From Bdellovibrionota bacterium (GTDB taxonomy: Bacteria; Bdellovibrionota_C; UBA2361; OMII01), in contig JBIJBE010000009.1 in assembly GCA_044345405.1 (NCBI GenBank), positions 1 through 64,000 on the forward strand: 64,000 nt of DNA, given 5' to 3'. The notes beneath the pieces are model-generated. The model saw only the letters and a list, made by a program, of their open reading frames with translations. It was not told the origin of the DNA and ran no database searches. Position 1 is the first letter of the stretch; each line of letters begins with the position of its first letter. Below are positions 21,246 through 31,298 of the stretch, piece by piece. Position numbers and translations under genes: made by a program.

Positions 21246-21280
21246 TTACTATAGTAACTATTACCACAAGCGCCTGTCAA
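21246..21280 (-). promoter_or_regulatory. Sigma70 promoter with overlapping operator for the TA locus
   Basis: Minus strand TTGACA (21280-21275), 18-nt spacer, TACTAT; perfect palindrome TTACTATAGTAA at 21246-21257 covers the -10. Confidence 0.65.
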
Positions 21281-21590
21281 CTCATCGTTACTGTGATGCT
21301 TGCACTTGGCTCACCAGCAGAGGGAGCGCTCTTGCCTCTCTTCCATCCAACGAGCCCTCCCACCAGAAAACGACCCTTGGTGTATCGACCGTTATATCGC
21401 AAAGTTGCGTGGACACCGCCTGGATCGGAAAGCCTTACATTCCCATCAGGTCGATGGCTTCGGAAGGACGCGTAACGAACTTCCACTGACGATCCTCCAG
21501 AGGATAACGCCTGGGAAGAAGCAGCAGAGCCGATACACTAAGCAGCACGTTTACCGGAATTTCTCTTTGAGGTCCTACGCCCCCGAATTC

Positions 21591-22115
21591 TCACGCATCC
21601 CCATACCTATGCGTCAGCGCTCGCCTCCACGCGTCGCTAAGAACATCCGCGCGCTGCAATCCCTCATGGGTCCAAAACACATTATTGCGAAGAATCTCTG
21701 AGTCTCCCCACTCCCCAGCCCCTAAGTTCATCGCCTCCCACCGTTCGGGAAAGAGCGCGAAGAGCATCCCTTCGATATGGATCCCAACCAACAACCACTC
21801 CATAGAGTTGATGCCGCTGTCTCGTGGTACTCCTTGCATATACGTATGATCAAGCTCGCCCACGATCTGACGGAGCGCGTCACGTACCGTCGGCAACTGC
21901 TCCCGTAGCTGACACAGCACCTCATCATCGCGACTACCGCTTAGAAATGAATGCAGAACCGGAACAAGGAGCTCCGCCTTCTGAACAAATTCGGATCCAA
22001 CATCTTGAGAAAGGGTTGCATGAGGAAGGTTTCGAGCGAAGCTCGATATCGCCGCGAGGTGGTGGTCATTATCGACACTGGCGGAATCCCTATCGAGAGA
22101 GCGATATGTGCCCAT
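21591..22115 (-). CDS. Hypothetical protein
   Basis: Helical-looking ORF in otherwise unoccupied space; competing ORFs on both strands. Confidence 0.4.
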   Translation of the reverse strand: MGTYRSLDRDSASVDNDHHLAAISSFARNLPHATLSQDVGSEFVQKAELLVPVLHSFLSGSRDDEVLCQLREQLPTVRDALRQIVGELDHTYMQGVPRDSGINSMEWLLVGIHIEGMLFALFPERWEAMNLGAGEWGDSEILRNNVFWTHEGLQRADVLSDAWRRALTHRYGDA

Positions 22116-22477
22116 GGGAGAGCTCCTGTAAAAAAATAGGGCGCATCCGGGGGAAACAACTCTTCCGGGCACCGTTCCAGATCTCCATGACGTGGTCGCA
22201 CTGTACTATACGGCGATCCGGCACGGAAGCTGAGAGTGTGCGCCCTATCTTGTCGCCTGGTATAAACTACATTTTCAGCTACCCCATCCACTGGCACTAC
22301 CGAGCCGCGCTCTCGCTCCCTGATATCCACCTCGTCATCTTCGAGGAACACCACCTAAACCACCCAGATAGCAGGAGATTACTATACACACCCCTCGTCC
22401 TCTAACTTTTCTGTGGAACTGACCGCCAACGTGCGATAGGGTCTGTCAGCAATCGGTCCATACTCTTCGTGAGGCGC

Positions 22478-23989
22478 ATGCGACTCTGCCTTCAGTTCAA
22501 AATACAAGGCTCCAGCTGTTACCTCGATAGAACATTTTTTTCTCATCCCCTTCTTGAAAAACCGCTAGAGGCTCAGCGTGGCACGACCACTCCAAAAGGT
22601 ATCGGAACCTTTGCATGGTCGCGTGCGGTGCAGGCTCTCTCGCTGCTCTGTGTGCAAAGTGTCATGTCCGACGTTGCAGGAGCTCCCCAGAACTCGTTGA
22701 TGGGCGATGCGGGAACTCTCGCCGCGTCCCTTGATTCAGCAATCAGCAAGCAACCAACCTGGGTCTATCAGATATTTGGCTCTGACACCGAAGGAACCTC
22801 GGTTCTCCGTCGTCTCGTATCTCGTGTGAATCCCGAGAGAAAAAGACCAGGTGCGGTCGAGATATCTCTCAAAACGGAACTTACCAGGGCTACGGAGATA
22901 GTTGTAAACGGCACAGTATGTAACGATCTCGAGAAGCTTAAACTCCTTGCTGGGCTTCTGCTCGATGAGAGCCCTGCGGAGGTGCTTACGTTTTCTCCTG
23001 CGCTTTCAGCTCCCCCTCTACGTGCCCACCAGTGGCTGTTGGAGGAGATACGTCGAGAGGTTCATGTTGGACTGAATGATACAGCTACATTTTCCGCCGC
23101 GGGCACAAAACACTTACTCAGCGATCTTTCCACGTATAGACCCTTTCAAACGATGGGCGGGCAGGCCTCTCACCTTGTAGGGGAACTCGATCTTCAGTTA
23201 TCCGATAGCGCGCGACTCGGACTTGGCGTGCAAGACACCTGGATGTCCAAACAACTATCGAGCCCCAGACCTATTCGATTACTCTGCGGCGTAGGAGCGG
23301 TCACCTCTCTGTGCATCTTCCGCTACCTCACAACAGTGAAGGGCTACAACCTTGAGATCTCTCACAACTTCAGCTCAAGTCAGGACATCGTTCACACACT
23401 TCGCGTTCACGGAGAGGACGAACCGGTTGACGGCGTAATTATGGCGCTCTGTTGCAGTGTTCGACTATGTCAGGGACGAAGTAGCTTCTCTCCTTTGGCG
23501 ATGATGCCTGTGACAACTCACGCGCGGCTCTCGCGAGGAGGAGAGGTTGAGCGATATCTCTTTCTAACCGATGTAGTTACCGGATCGCATTTTCATCTTG
23601 AGGACGACCTCCCGTCATTGAAGCACCGCCCCAAGGTTGAGCCCCTCGCCTTTGCGGGTCTGGTAGATGAATTGGCGAACCGTGGCGACGCGCGAACTAT
23701 CCTATTCTGGCCCTACTACCTTTTCGCCGAGAACCGAAACGATTGGGTCATTGATCCAACTTTTCGAAGGGTACCCGCATATGAGCTTGTTACCCTCTGC
23801 GTTGGAAAACGAATCTCTCGAGATCCCAAACTATCACTCGCCTTGAATGTCGCGATTAGAGACGCATGGCTAACGCTTCGAACGGATACAGAGATGCGAG
23901 AGCGCATGATTCAAGGACTCATCAGAGATGATCGCTTCGTGAGCGCGTTCTCAAGGCTCGGACCACAACCTATGAGACACGCGATCTGA
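22478..23989 (+). CDS. Unrecognised N-terminal domain (copy 1) fused to putative PBP2/substrate-binding-like C-terminal domain
   Basis: TFAWSRAV...TLAASLDSAISKQPTW...FG...NPERKRPG shared with three other ORFs here; C-terminal half has an alpha/beta pattern reminiscent of SsuA/NMT1-type folds. Confidence 0.75.
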   Translation: MRLCLQFKIQGSSCYLDRTFFSHPLLEKPLEAQRGTTTPKGIGTFAWSRAVQALSLLCVQSVMSDVAGAPQNSLMGDAGTLAASLDSAISKQPTWVYQIFGSDTEGTSVLRRLVSRVNPERKRPGAVEISLKTELTRATEIVVNGTVCNDLEKLKLLAGLLLDESPAEVLTFSPALSAPPLRAHQWLLEEIRREVHVGLNDTATFSAAGTKHLLSDLSTYRPFQTMGGQASHLVGELDLQLSDSARLGLGVQDTWMSKQLSSPRPIRLLCGVGAVTSLCIFRYLTTVKGYNLEISHNFSSSQDIVHTLRVHGEDEPVDGVIMALCCSVRLCQGRSSFSPLAMMPVTTHARLSRGGEVERYLFLTDVVTGSHFHLEDDLPSLKHRPKVEPLAFAGLVDELANRGDARTILFWPYYLFAENRNDWVIDPTFRRVPAYELVTLCVGKRISRDPKLSLALNVAIRDAWLTLRTDTEMRERMIQGLIRDDRFVSAFSRLGPQPMRHAI

Positions 23990-24010
23990 TCCTACTACGC
24001 GCTTAGTGCA

Positions 24011-24796
24011 TCAATTCTGAGCATCCGGCGTAGGCTCAAGCCTAAACAAGATGAAGAGAGGGAATCGGGAGCGAATCTCCCAAAATTGGGGGTCAAGCGT
24101 CTGAGCTTCCACTACCGGCGCGGGCTCGGTGCAATCGACGACGGTGAGCCCCGCATCCCGAAACTCCTTAAGCATTCCCGAAAACGACTTATGGTAGAAG
24201 GAAGCCTCAAAGGCTCCTCCGAATTTAGCGGTTATCGGACGCTCGTGGAGATAGTCCCCGAAGAGAGACACCGTACCACTCGCCTTGTCCACTTCGAATC
24301 CTAGAATTTGCCGTTTCTTCGCGTTGTCCTCCTCTTTGAGAGCTGACCACGCAGCGGGATGGTGCGTTGAAATAACGATAGCACCATCGGGGGCTAGAGC
24401 GTCTCTCATCCCCGTGAGGGTCGCGTTCCATGACGGCACATAGTGGAGCGCGAGGCTTGAGAAAATAATATCAAAAGAACCTGGCTTAAAAGCTATGTGC
24501 TCCATGTCCATCTCGTGGAATTCAAGATTGGGAAAGTTGCTCTTAGCTTGTTGAATGTTCCCAGGAGATAGATCTATCCCCACGACATGCGCGGCTCCGA
24601 GAGCGGAGATACGCGCACATTCTTCACCGAAACCACAACCAACGCACAACACGCGCTTCCCCTCAACGTTCGGTAGGAGCCCATAGATGGCGGGCTTCTC
24701 GAGAAGTTCGTGCCCACTTCCCCGAATACGGTGCCATGTCTCTCCTGCTGAGTCGTACTGAGCGGCAACGACTGCCTTTTCGCTTTTTGGTTCCAT
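24011..24796 (-). CDS. Class I SAM-dependent methyltransferase
   Basis: RVLCVGCGFG motif I, GIDLS, FDIIFSSLALHY, STHHP. Confidence 0.9.
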   Translation of the reverse strand: MEPKSEKAVVAAQYDSAGETWHRIRGSGHELLEKPAIYGLLPNVEGKRVLCVGCGFGEECARISALGAAHVVGIDLSPGNIQQAKSNFPNLEFHEMDMEHIAFKPGSFDIIFSSLALHYVPSWNATLTGMRDALAPDGAIVISTHHPAAWSALKEEDNAKKRQILGFEVDKASGTVSLFGDYLHERPITAKFGGAFEASFYHKSFSGMLKEFRDAGLTVVDCTEPAPVVEAQTLDPQFWEIRSRFPLFILFRLEPTPDAQN

Positions 24797-25112
24797 GCTC
24801 TCCGCGATGGGTTACTGAGTTGACAGCTAAACGTAGAATCGTTCGTTCGGTTATTCAACCAAATAATACCAAACCGTCCTCTGAAGATATCCCGTTCAAG
24901 ACGAACGACTTAACAACCTGAACTTATTGAAAGCATTTTAAGCACTTTTGGTGGTGCCTGAATCCAGGAGCAATCCGCCACAAATTCCGAAAACGAATCC
25001 TCCACCAGAACGGTCACCCTGTGGATAGAGTCCCCCGTGCCATAACCGTGCAACAGGAATGCTGCGGATCGCGCATGTTCTGGGTGCATGAAACCTTAGG
25101 GGGACTTTGTCT

Positions 25113-25697
25113 ATGTTTAGAATAAAACTGACGTTCTGCTCCGGAGATACGATCGAGCTTCTTAGAGTTGATTGCCTTAGCAACGGTTCGGCCCCCCTCA
25201 CCACGGTCCGTGGAAAGACCAATGGAGCCTATAGAGGCGGGGGATCTTTCCAGTGGTCATCCGCGGTTCGCGCTATGACGTGCGTATTCCTTTCAGCGAA
25301 ACTTTTTGAGGACCTTGATCCAGGGGAACCGATGCTGACAGGCGAGGCTAAGTCGCTAGCCGCCTCTCTTGATTATGCCATCACAAAACAACCAGTATGG
25401 ATTCTCGACATGTTTGGTGTTTCAAGTACAGGCCGAACGCTCGCGAAAAGATTATTTCGTGTCACAAATTCCCATCGAAAGCGAGGTGGGCCGGTCGCGC
25501 TATCGCTCAATCTCCATACGTGCCCGCCTCACTGCATAGAGATAGTCCTCGACGGTCAACCGGTTCAGTCGCCTGAGATTCTCCGCGCAATGCTCACATC
25601 AATTAGGACCTATACACCTAGAAAGCACGAGGTGAAGGAGGACGGATGTGTGCTATCTCCAAAGCAGGAGCCTCAGCCGGCTTTGTGCAACTGGTAA
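25113..25697 (+). CDS. Stand-alone unrecognised domain (copy 2)
   Basis: RGKTNGAYRGGGSFQWSSAV...SLAASLDYAITKQPVWILDMFG...NSHRKRGGPV; closely similar to 44720-45334. Confidence 0.8.
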   Translation: MFRIKLTFCSGDTIELLRVDCLSNGSAPLTTVRGKTNGAYRGGGSFQWSSAVRAMTCVFLSAKLFEDLDPGEPMLTGEAKSLAASLDYAITKQPVWILDMFGVSSTGRTLAKRLFRVTNSHRKRGGPVALSLNLHTCPPHCIEIVLDGQPVQSPEILRAMLTSIRTYTPRKHEVKEDGCVLSPKQEPQPALCNW

Positions 25698-25814
25698 AGA
25701 ATCACGATCCGAAACGTGGCGTCCACCGGTGCATACTGGAAACGCCCCCAGGGTCAGACCTAATCGACAGGGCTCATTTTGAGGATGCGCCAGGCGCACC
25801 TGCTTCGAGGGCTC

Positions 25815-26399
25815 TCACTCCCCAACTTCCGCATACCCATTATCCCGCTCAGAAAGCCGCGCCCGTACCTGCTCTATCGTCGGTCGAACCACACGACGCC
25901 CGTATTCGGTGCGCCACTTGCGTACCCGGATCTCCTCCTCTTTCCCCCGATACATCAACCGCCCCCCGAACGCGTCAAAGATCCACTTCATCGCGACACT
26001 CCGATCCGGGCTGAGGGCACGCTCCCGTACCCAGAACTCAGCCGGATGCGAAATGGGTCCAAGGGGCTCTTGTGGCGTATCCCCCTTCTTACGAGAGAGC
26101 CGAGGATCAACCTCCCCCTCTCTCAACGCACGGGGAGGAACCTCAAGGTGTAACAACTCATGGATCAAGAGATGCCGGATCACAGGCTCCGGAGTATCCG
26201 GGTGATTGAACAGGGAATGGAGCGAGATGACGTGTCGGTTCTCCCCTACCCGCTGAACAAATCCAAGGGTGGGAATGCGCCCGTAGTGGCAGGTGACATG
26301 AGAGGTAACGGTCGGAAAGAGGGAACGCTGAATCTCCCTGAGCAACCCGTTCGTATCAAAACGAACGAGCTCTAACTCCCCTTGTGAGATAGCCTCCAT
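25815..26399 (-). CDS. YgjP/SprT-like zinc metallopeptidase-domain protein
   Basis: VIRHLLIHELLHL (HExxH) and downstream HPAEFW. Confidence 0.7.
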   Translation of the reverse strand: MEAISQGELELVRFDTNGLLREIQRSLFPTVTSHVTCHYGRIPTLGFVQRVGENRHVISLHSLFNHPDTPEPVIRHLLIHELLHLEVPPRALREGEVDPRLSRKKGDTPQEPLGPISHPAEFWVRERALSPDRSVAMKWIFDAFGGRLMYRGKEEEIRVRKWRTEYGRRVVRPTIEQVRARLSERDNGYAEVGE

Positions 26400-26489
26400 C
26401 GTGTCCTCCGTGTGGGGAGGAGATTAGCCACCCCAGCCGCGGCGGTCAATCACGCTGCACGCTACCGAGCGCCACCTCACCCTAGTGAG

Positions 26490-26876
26490 TCACTTGAGTC
26501 GCCTACACTTACTTCCACAAGCTTTATAGAGCTTTTTGATGAGTTTATCCCGCGTTCCAGCGTAGGCGATCCACTCCTGGCGATTCTGCTCGGTTGAGGC
26601 GACGAGCGCAGTAGCGGTATCCCGCTGAGTAGCAACCGCGGCGAGGGTGTTTATGCACGCCGCGCTCGTGGATTCGATTGAATTCACATAGTCACACATG
26701 GAGTTTATGTAGTAACCAAAATTGTACGAGGTCATATTCACCTGGTCGCAGTCACTCGAGTAAAAGTAGCCGAAGTAACAGCTCGTGCCATAGGTGGTTA
26801 CAAAACACCCCGTTGGTACCGCGTACGCCGTACGTGAAAGGGACACAAGCAACAGCGTCAGCACTATCTTCTTCAT
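26490..26876 (-). CDS. Secreted Cys-rich protein with coiled-coil tail
   Basis: MKKIVLTLLLV...AYA signal peptide after GGAGG RBS; several Cys. Confidence 0.7.
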   Translation of the reverse strand: MKKIVLTLLLVSLSRTAYAVPTGCFVTTYGTSCYFGYFYSSDCDQVNMTSYNFGYYINSMCDYVNSIESTSAACINTLAAVATQRDTATALVASTEQNRQEWIAYAGTRDKLIKKLYKACGSKCRRLK

Positions 26877-27056
26877 AAACTCCTCCCACAGGAATGCCCA
26901 CAACCGCGCCACCGTACCAGCCGTTCAAGAGCTACTCAAAAACCTGTATCACGGGGTGAATCATGTGCTCCGTCAGTACAGGGGAAAGCCCCGCCATCAA
27001 TCTCAAACCCTAGAGGAACTCCTCTCCCATTCCCCGAATTCCCCTATCACCTCTCA

Positions 27057-27341
27057 CAGGCGGAAGCAGCGCTCCAACAAAAGGAGCTCACCCTCGCCCC
27101 AGAAGATCCGATCCTCATCTACAACATGGACTGCGCTCAAACGCGTGAGGAAAAAGCGAAGGAGCCGCTCGCCTCTCCTGAAAACGTGTTTACGTTGCGG
27201 CCCGCACTCACCGAGATAGCCGGAGAGGATTCCGATCTCTCATCACTCTATGAGTTACCTGAGTTTAAGGCGCTGCTTGTGAAGCAATATGTGTCGCTAC
27301 GGCCGGTGGAGGTTCGGGAGAATATGGTTCGGGTGAATTAG
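27057..27341 (+). pseudogene. Remnant of a TPR protein C-terminus
   Basis: In-frame QAEAALQQKELTLAPEDPILIYNMDCA...EDSDLSSLYELPEFKALL resembles a degenerate TPR plus end-of-group motif; no proper start. Confidence 0.5.
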
Positions 27342-27411
27342 GTCCCAAACTTTTGCGAGACTCGCAAACCCGACTTGGGGCTGTCGTGGCAGGAAATTTA
27401 CATCTACTATA

Positions 27412-29124
27412 TTACCCAGTAGCTCTCGGGTGCGGCATCAATAAGGACACCGGCGCCTTATACCCACTAAGCGCCTCTCTCAGAATTGTTCGAATAATGT
27501 CGTGCCGATCTTTAACCTGATGGTGCCAAATTTCAATTAAAGTGATGCCTGCCTGGGCGCACGCGGCCCGCTTCTCGGCATCCATCTGCCGCCGAAGCTC
27601 GAGATCGGCCATAGCCGTCCCTGCCTTTCCCCTCGGCGTATCGTGATATTCACCCTGATACTCAATCGCCAGCATCCTTTCGGGAAACCACATATCAAGT
27701 TCCATTTTCCTACCACTTCGCATGAATCTTAGATCTGGATGCAAATAATTGAAAAGGGCCTCGCCCTCCCCTATCTCATCTCGAACAATTCTTTGCATAA
27801 GCTTTTCGATCTTTCCTAGCTTCTTGAAGAGAGCGGGATTCCAATTCGTCCGGGGATAAATAGCGCAACAGATCCTATGAATTGACTGGTTGTATCGATT
27901 CAGTAAGGAATGCCCCCGCAGCTCCGGGTTACGCAGCATAGCACCTGTGACCAAATACCACTCTGACGGATGACCAATACCCAACTTGGCTTCCAGCCAG
28001 CGTACGAAACGACGTTGATTGCGGATGTCTGCCCAAAAGTTTTCCGGAACTCGGTCGAAAAGCCATTCTTTCCCTCTCAAGGAAGGATGCAATTCACACG
28101 CGGCATCGACGGTACTTCCACGAGGGTAATATCGAAGAAGGGCTACGACGCCATGCTCATTAAAATCCTGATGGGTTGCGGCATACCATTGCTCCGGGTT
28201 CGTCCACTGTTTCTTTTCCTGGAGCCATCTGAGACATTTCAACCGATTTGCCTTCGAACGCCAAAATCCATCTGGAACCCCACCGGCTCGTAATGTCCAT
28301 TCGTTCCAAGTTCTGTCTGGATATGCTTCCCGAAGCCAATCAATAAGAGGCCGGTTCCGGAAGGGGCGATATGCGAGGCGCCGGATGATTCGATTTGCCG
28401 GCTCGCGTTCCCAGTCTGAGACCGATTCAAGATAGGTCTTGGTATACCAATGAATGAACCCGACTCGATTTGCCTTCTTACCCCAGTAATTTCCATAAAC
28501 TTTCAAATTGCTAAATAGCCAGGGGCACCATTCAACCGAGGGGTGCATCTCTTTCAGCAAGGAGAGATAACGGGATGGCCCCGTGTAGCAAGCTTTTAGC
28601 ATTGCCTTAACTTCGGGCCTCACAAATGTTTGAAAATCAACTCCGTACCAAGCTTCTGGTGAGGACCGAGAAAGACCCAAGTCCTTCTTCAACCATTCAA
28701 AAAAACAAGTTCGATTCTCGGCGGCCTGCCAAAACTTCGAGGGGGTTTTCCCAAATAACCAAGGATGCCATCCCGCCGAATTAGAAATAAGATCAGATAC
28801 AAAAGCGATGACCGATCCCCCGTAAAACGTCCGAAGCATCAGCTCCCCGCGAAATTTTCGAATATCCGATCTTCTTAGGGAATACCAATCTGCCAAACGG
28901 GTGAATTTCATCTGCTCGCCGAGATAATCGGCAAAAGCAAGCCGATTTGTCCTATCCGCATAGAACTCATCGGGCACATATCGGTGCGTCACTCGGAGTT
29001 GATGGATAAATCTTCTTACTTGGCGAGTGGCCTTGCGAGGCTTCCAAACAGCGGATTGGGCTCGCCTGGCAACCGACGATTGGACTTTTCTTCTCGCTCG
29101 AACGCGAGCTCCGGCGCGCTTCAT
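27412..29124 (-). CDS. Trp-rich tandem-repeat protein with C-terminal PD-(D/E)xK (Vsr/DUF559-like) endonuclease domain
   Basis: Five ~75-aa repeats (P-x-x-FW-x4-N...WL...WY...YP...W-x-PW), then MELDMWFPERMLAIEYQGEYH...DAEKRAAC...GITLIEIW. Confidence 0.75.
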   Translation of the reverse strand: MKRAGARVRARRKVQSSVARRAQSAVWKPRKATRQVRRFIHQLRVTHRYVPDEFYADRTNRLAFADYLGEQMKFTRLADWYSLRRSDIRKFRGELMLRTFYGGSVIAFVSDLISNSAGWHPWLFGKTPSKFWQAAENRTCFFEWLKKDLGLSRSSPEAWYGVDFQTFVRPEVKAMLKACYTGPSRYLSLLKEMHPSVEWCPWLFSNLKVYGNYWGKKANRVGFIHWYTKTYLESVSDWEREPANRIIRRLAYRPFRNRPLIDWLREAYPDRTWNEWTLRAGGVPDGFWRSKANRLKCLRWLQEKKQWTNPEQWYAATHQDFNEHGVVALLRYYPRGSTVDAACELHPSLRGKEWLFDRVPENFWADIRNQRRFVRWLEAKLGIGHPSEWYLVTGAMLRNPELRGHSLLNRYNQSIHRICCAIYPRTNWNPALFKKLGKIEKLMQRIVRDEIGEGEALFNYLHPDLRFMRSGRKMELDMWFPERMLAIEYQGEYHDTPRGKAGTAMADLELRRQMDAEKRAACAQAGITLIEIWHHQVKDRHDIIRTILREALSGYKAPVSLLMPHPRATG

Positions 29125-29233
29125 TGTGAACTCGTATCTCCAGGCGATCTTCGACTTAGCTTAAAATGTCACCAATCGGAAACCGGACACTGTCCAAACC
29201 AAGTCTCTCGATGCATTTGTTACACCGCCTGGC

Positions 29234-29367
29234 CTATTGGTACAACCTACCTCAGGAGACTCCCGCCCCAGCGCATCAGCAAGGGACCCGAGGTTGGAGC
29301 TAGTTTCAGGAGCCCTGCGTTAATCCAGAACTTTCGCTGACACAAAAAACATCGGGCACCAGACCCA
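29234..29367 (+). repeat. Diverged direct repeat, copy 1
   Basis: TAGTTTCAGG-x-GC-x-CTGCGTTAATCCAGA...CGCTGACA core and colinear flanks match 41610-41745. Confidence 0.7.
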
Positions 29368-29433
29368 AGGGGCCGCGAATGGGAGGCCGCTCTCAAATGG
29401 CCTGAGTACTCACTTTCCTTACTTCAAATTTAA

Positions 29434-30864
29434 TTATCCAAGCAGTGCTTTCAGCGCCTTCATTTGACCAGTCGCAACGTCCAGCGCCTTCAGAATTTCC
29501 TCGGTGTAATAGTCGGGGGACTTTAATTCCTCTGCGTCAGCTGGATTCAACCAAGTAATATCCAAATTATCATTACGGCCTGTGATCTCTTGTCTGGAGA
29601 AGCACCGGAAACGTCCGGCGATTCCTTGGTCAATGCGCGTAGATGTTCCCGCAGGACTGTCGCCGAAGCAGCTCTCAAATGCGGCAAAATCACGGTCGGA
29701 TGCTGGATTTCTTTTGCCGAACGCGGGTAAGTTCGTTCGCATGTCATATATCCAGACGCTCTTGGTATTACCTTCATCGGTATGACCGCGGCTGAAAAAG
29801 AGAACATTGATCTTCACTCCTTTTCCTGGGTAAAGACCTTCAGGCAACCTCAGGATCGTATGAAGATTACATTTGTTCATCAGCTCCTGTCGGATCTGGT
29901 GACCATTATTCCGATCCTCGAACAGAACATTATCGGGAAGAATCACAGCAGCTCGGCCACCGGGTTTGAGCGACCGGTAAAAGTGTTGGAGAAAGCAGAG
30001 GTGCCTCATATTCGAGGAGTAATTTAAGTCGTCTCTGGTAACCTTTTCACCCCTCTTAAATTTTGCGTAAGGCGGATTGCAGAGAATGACATCTGCTTGG
30101 GAGAGCCCCTTACCAAAACTACTCAGCGAATCCTCGAATAGAATGGAATTCTCAATTCCATTTATCAGGCAATTAAGCACCAGGAGAGGATACTTGTCGG
30201 GACTTATTTCGACACCTGTAAACGCATGTAGCTTTTGAAACTCTTGAATCTTGGAGGGCACGCTGAAAAGCCCCTCAGTGTCGTGATGAATCTGTTTCGC
30301 AGCCTCGACCAGAAATCCGCCCACGCCACAAGCAGGATCTTGAATTCGCTCGCCTGGCTGAGGTTTGATAATCCTCAGGATACTTCGAATGAGTACTCGA
30401 GGGGTAAAAAAGTCTTGCGCATCAGTGCTTCGCTCGTTCTCACTCTCCTCGAGGAGTGCTTCGAAGAAACATCTGAACTCGGGGTCATCCTTCAACTCGA
30501 ACCAATCGCAGTGATCGAGCACGGTAACGAGTTTTGTAAGATACTTGGGCTGCTCAATCCTAGATCCCGCCTTTTGAAAAAAGCTTCTCACTGCGATGGA
30601 GGAGCAATTATTTGGAGCCCCACCCTCCGGCGTTCTTTTAAGTTCCGTAAGTAGCTTTAGATACAGGTCAAGCTGTGCGGTGCCGTCAAGCTTTGTCAGG
30701 TCCGACCAGCGAAATTCCTCGGGGACCTCCTGCTTATCGCGACCAGTATCATGGAGAAATTTCAGGAAGAGCAGGTATGCGAACTCGCTTGCAAACTGAA
30801 CTGCGCCCACTCCTTGGCTTGAAAGCCTCTCCTTTACGCTCGTGATTTGCTCACTAAAACTCAA
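29434..30864 (-). CDS. hsdM: Type I R-M methyltransferase subunit, second copy (NPPY)
   Basis: FFTPR, DPACGVGGFL, CNPPY, GRAAVILPDNVLF, LHTILRLP; TTG start after GAGGTGG RBS. Confidence 0.85.
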   Translation of the reverse strand: MSFSEQITSVKERLSSQGVGAVQFASEFAYLLFLKFLHDTGRDKQEVPEEFRWSDLTKLDGTAQLDLYLKLLTELKRTPEGGAPNNCSSIAVRSFFQKAGSRIEQPKYLTKLVTVLDHCDWFELKDDPEFRCFFEALLEESENERSTDAQDFFTPRVLIRSILRIIKPQPGERIQDPACGVGGFLVEAAKQIHHDTEGLFSVPSKIQEFQKLHAFTGVEISPDKYPLLVLNCLINGIENSILFEDSLSSFGKGLSQADVILCNPPYAKFKRGEKVTRDDLNYSSNMRHLCFLQHFYRSLKPGGRAAVILPDNVLFEDRNNGHQIRQELMNKCNLHTILRLPEGLYPGKGVKINVLFFSRGHTDEGNTKSVWIYDMRTNLPAFGKRNPASDRDFAAFESCFGDSPAGTSTRIDQGIAGRFRCFSRQEITGRNDNLDITWLNPADAEELKSPDYYTEEILKALDVATGQMKALKALLG

Positions 30865-31298
30865 ACGTCCACCTCAGAGAATTAAACTCTATTTGGCTGA
30901 TATTGAGGGCTCGAAAATTGCTAAAGATAAGCTCGCCACCTTGGTTCCCGGGTGTATCGGAGTCCGCCCTCGCCCCAACCCTAATTATAGAGAGACATGT
31001 CAATCTTGTCCCTTATAATGTTATGTAACCTGACAGAGGTTCCGGCCCGCTCAAGGAGGTGACTATTTCACTCGCTTTCACAGAATAGACTTGTCAGGGC
31101 TGGCGATGTGATTATCCAAATCAATGCTATCAGTGAATAGAAGCCCTAGCGAAGATCAAGCAACACAAGCAACTTGAGACATCCTGCTTTAAGGGTCAAG
31201 CTGATCGCTACCGGCGAATGAGGTAGCGGGAACCAGAACTAGTGGCATATAGCCTTATTACGGGGTGCCTGGAAATACCAGGAAGCAGTCCAAGCGAG

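Noticed and set aside
29234-29367. Protein-coding interpretation of the direct repeat
   Set aside because: The best-matching minus-strand frame has a shared stop codon and no clear excess of synonymous differences
31004-31031. dif-like sequence (TGTCCCTTATAATGTTATGTAACC)
   Set aside because: The XerD-like arm is present but the spacing to an ATAA-ending XerC arm is 2 nt instead of 6
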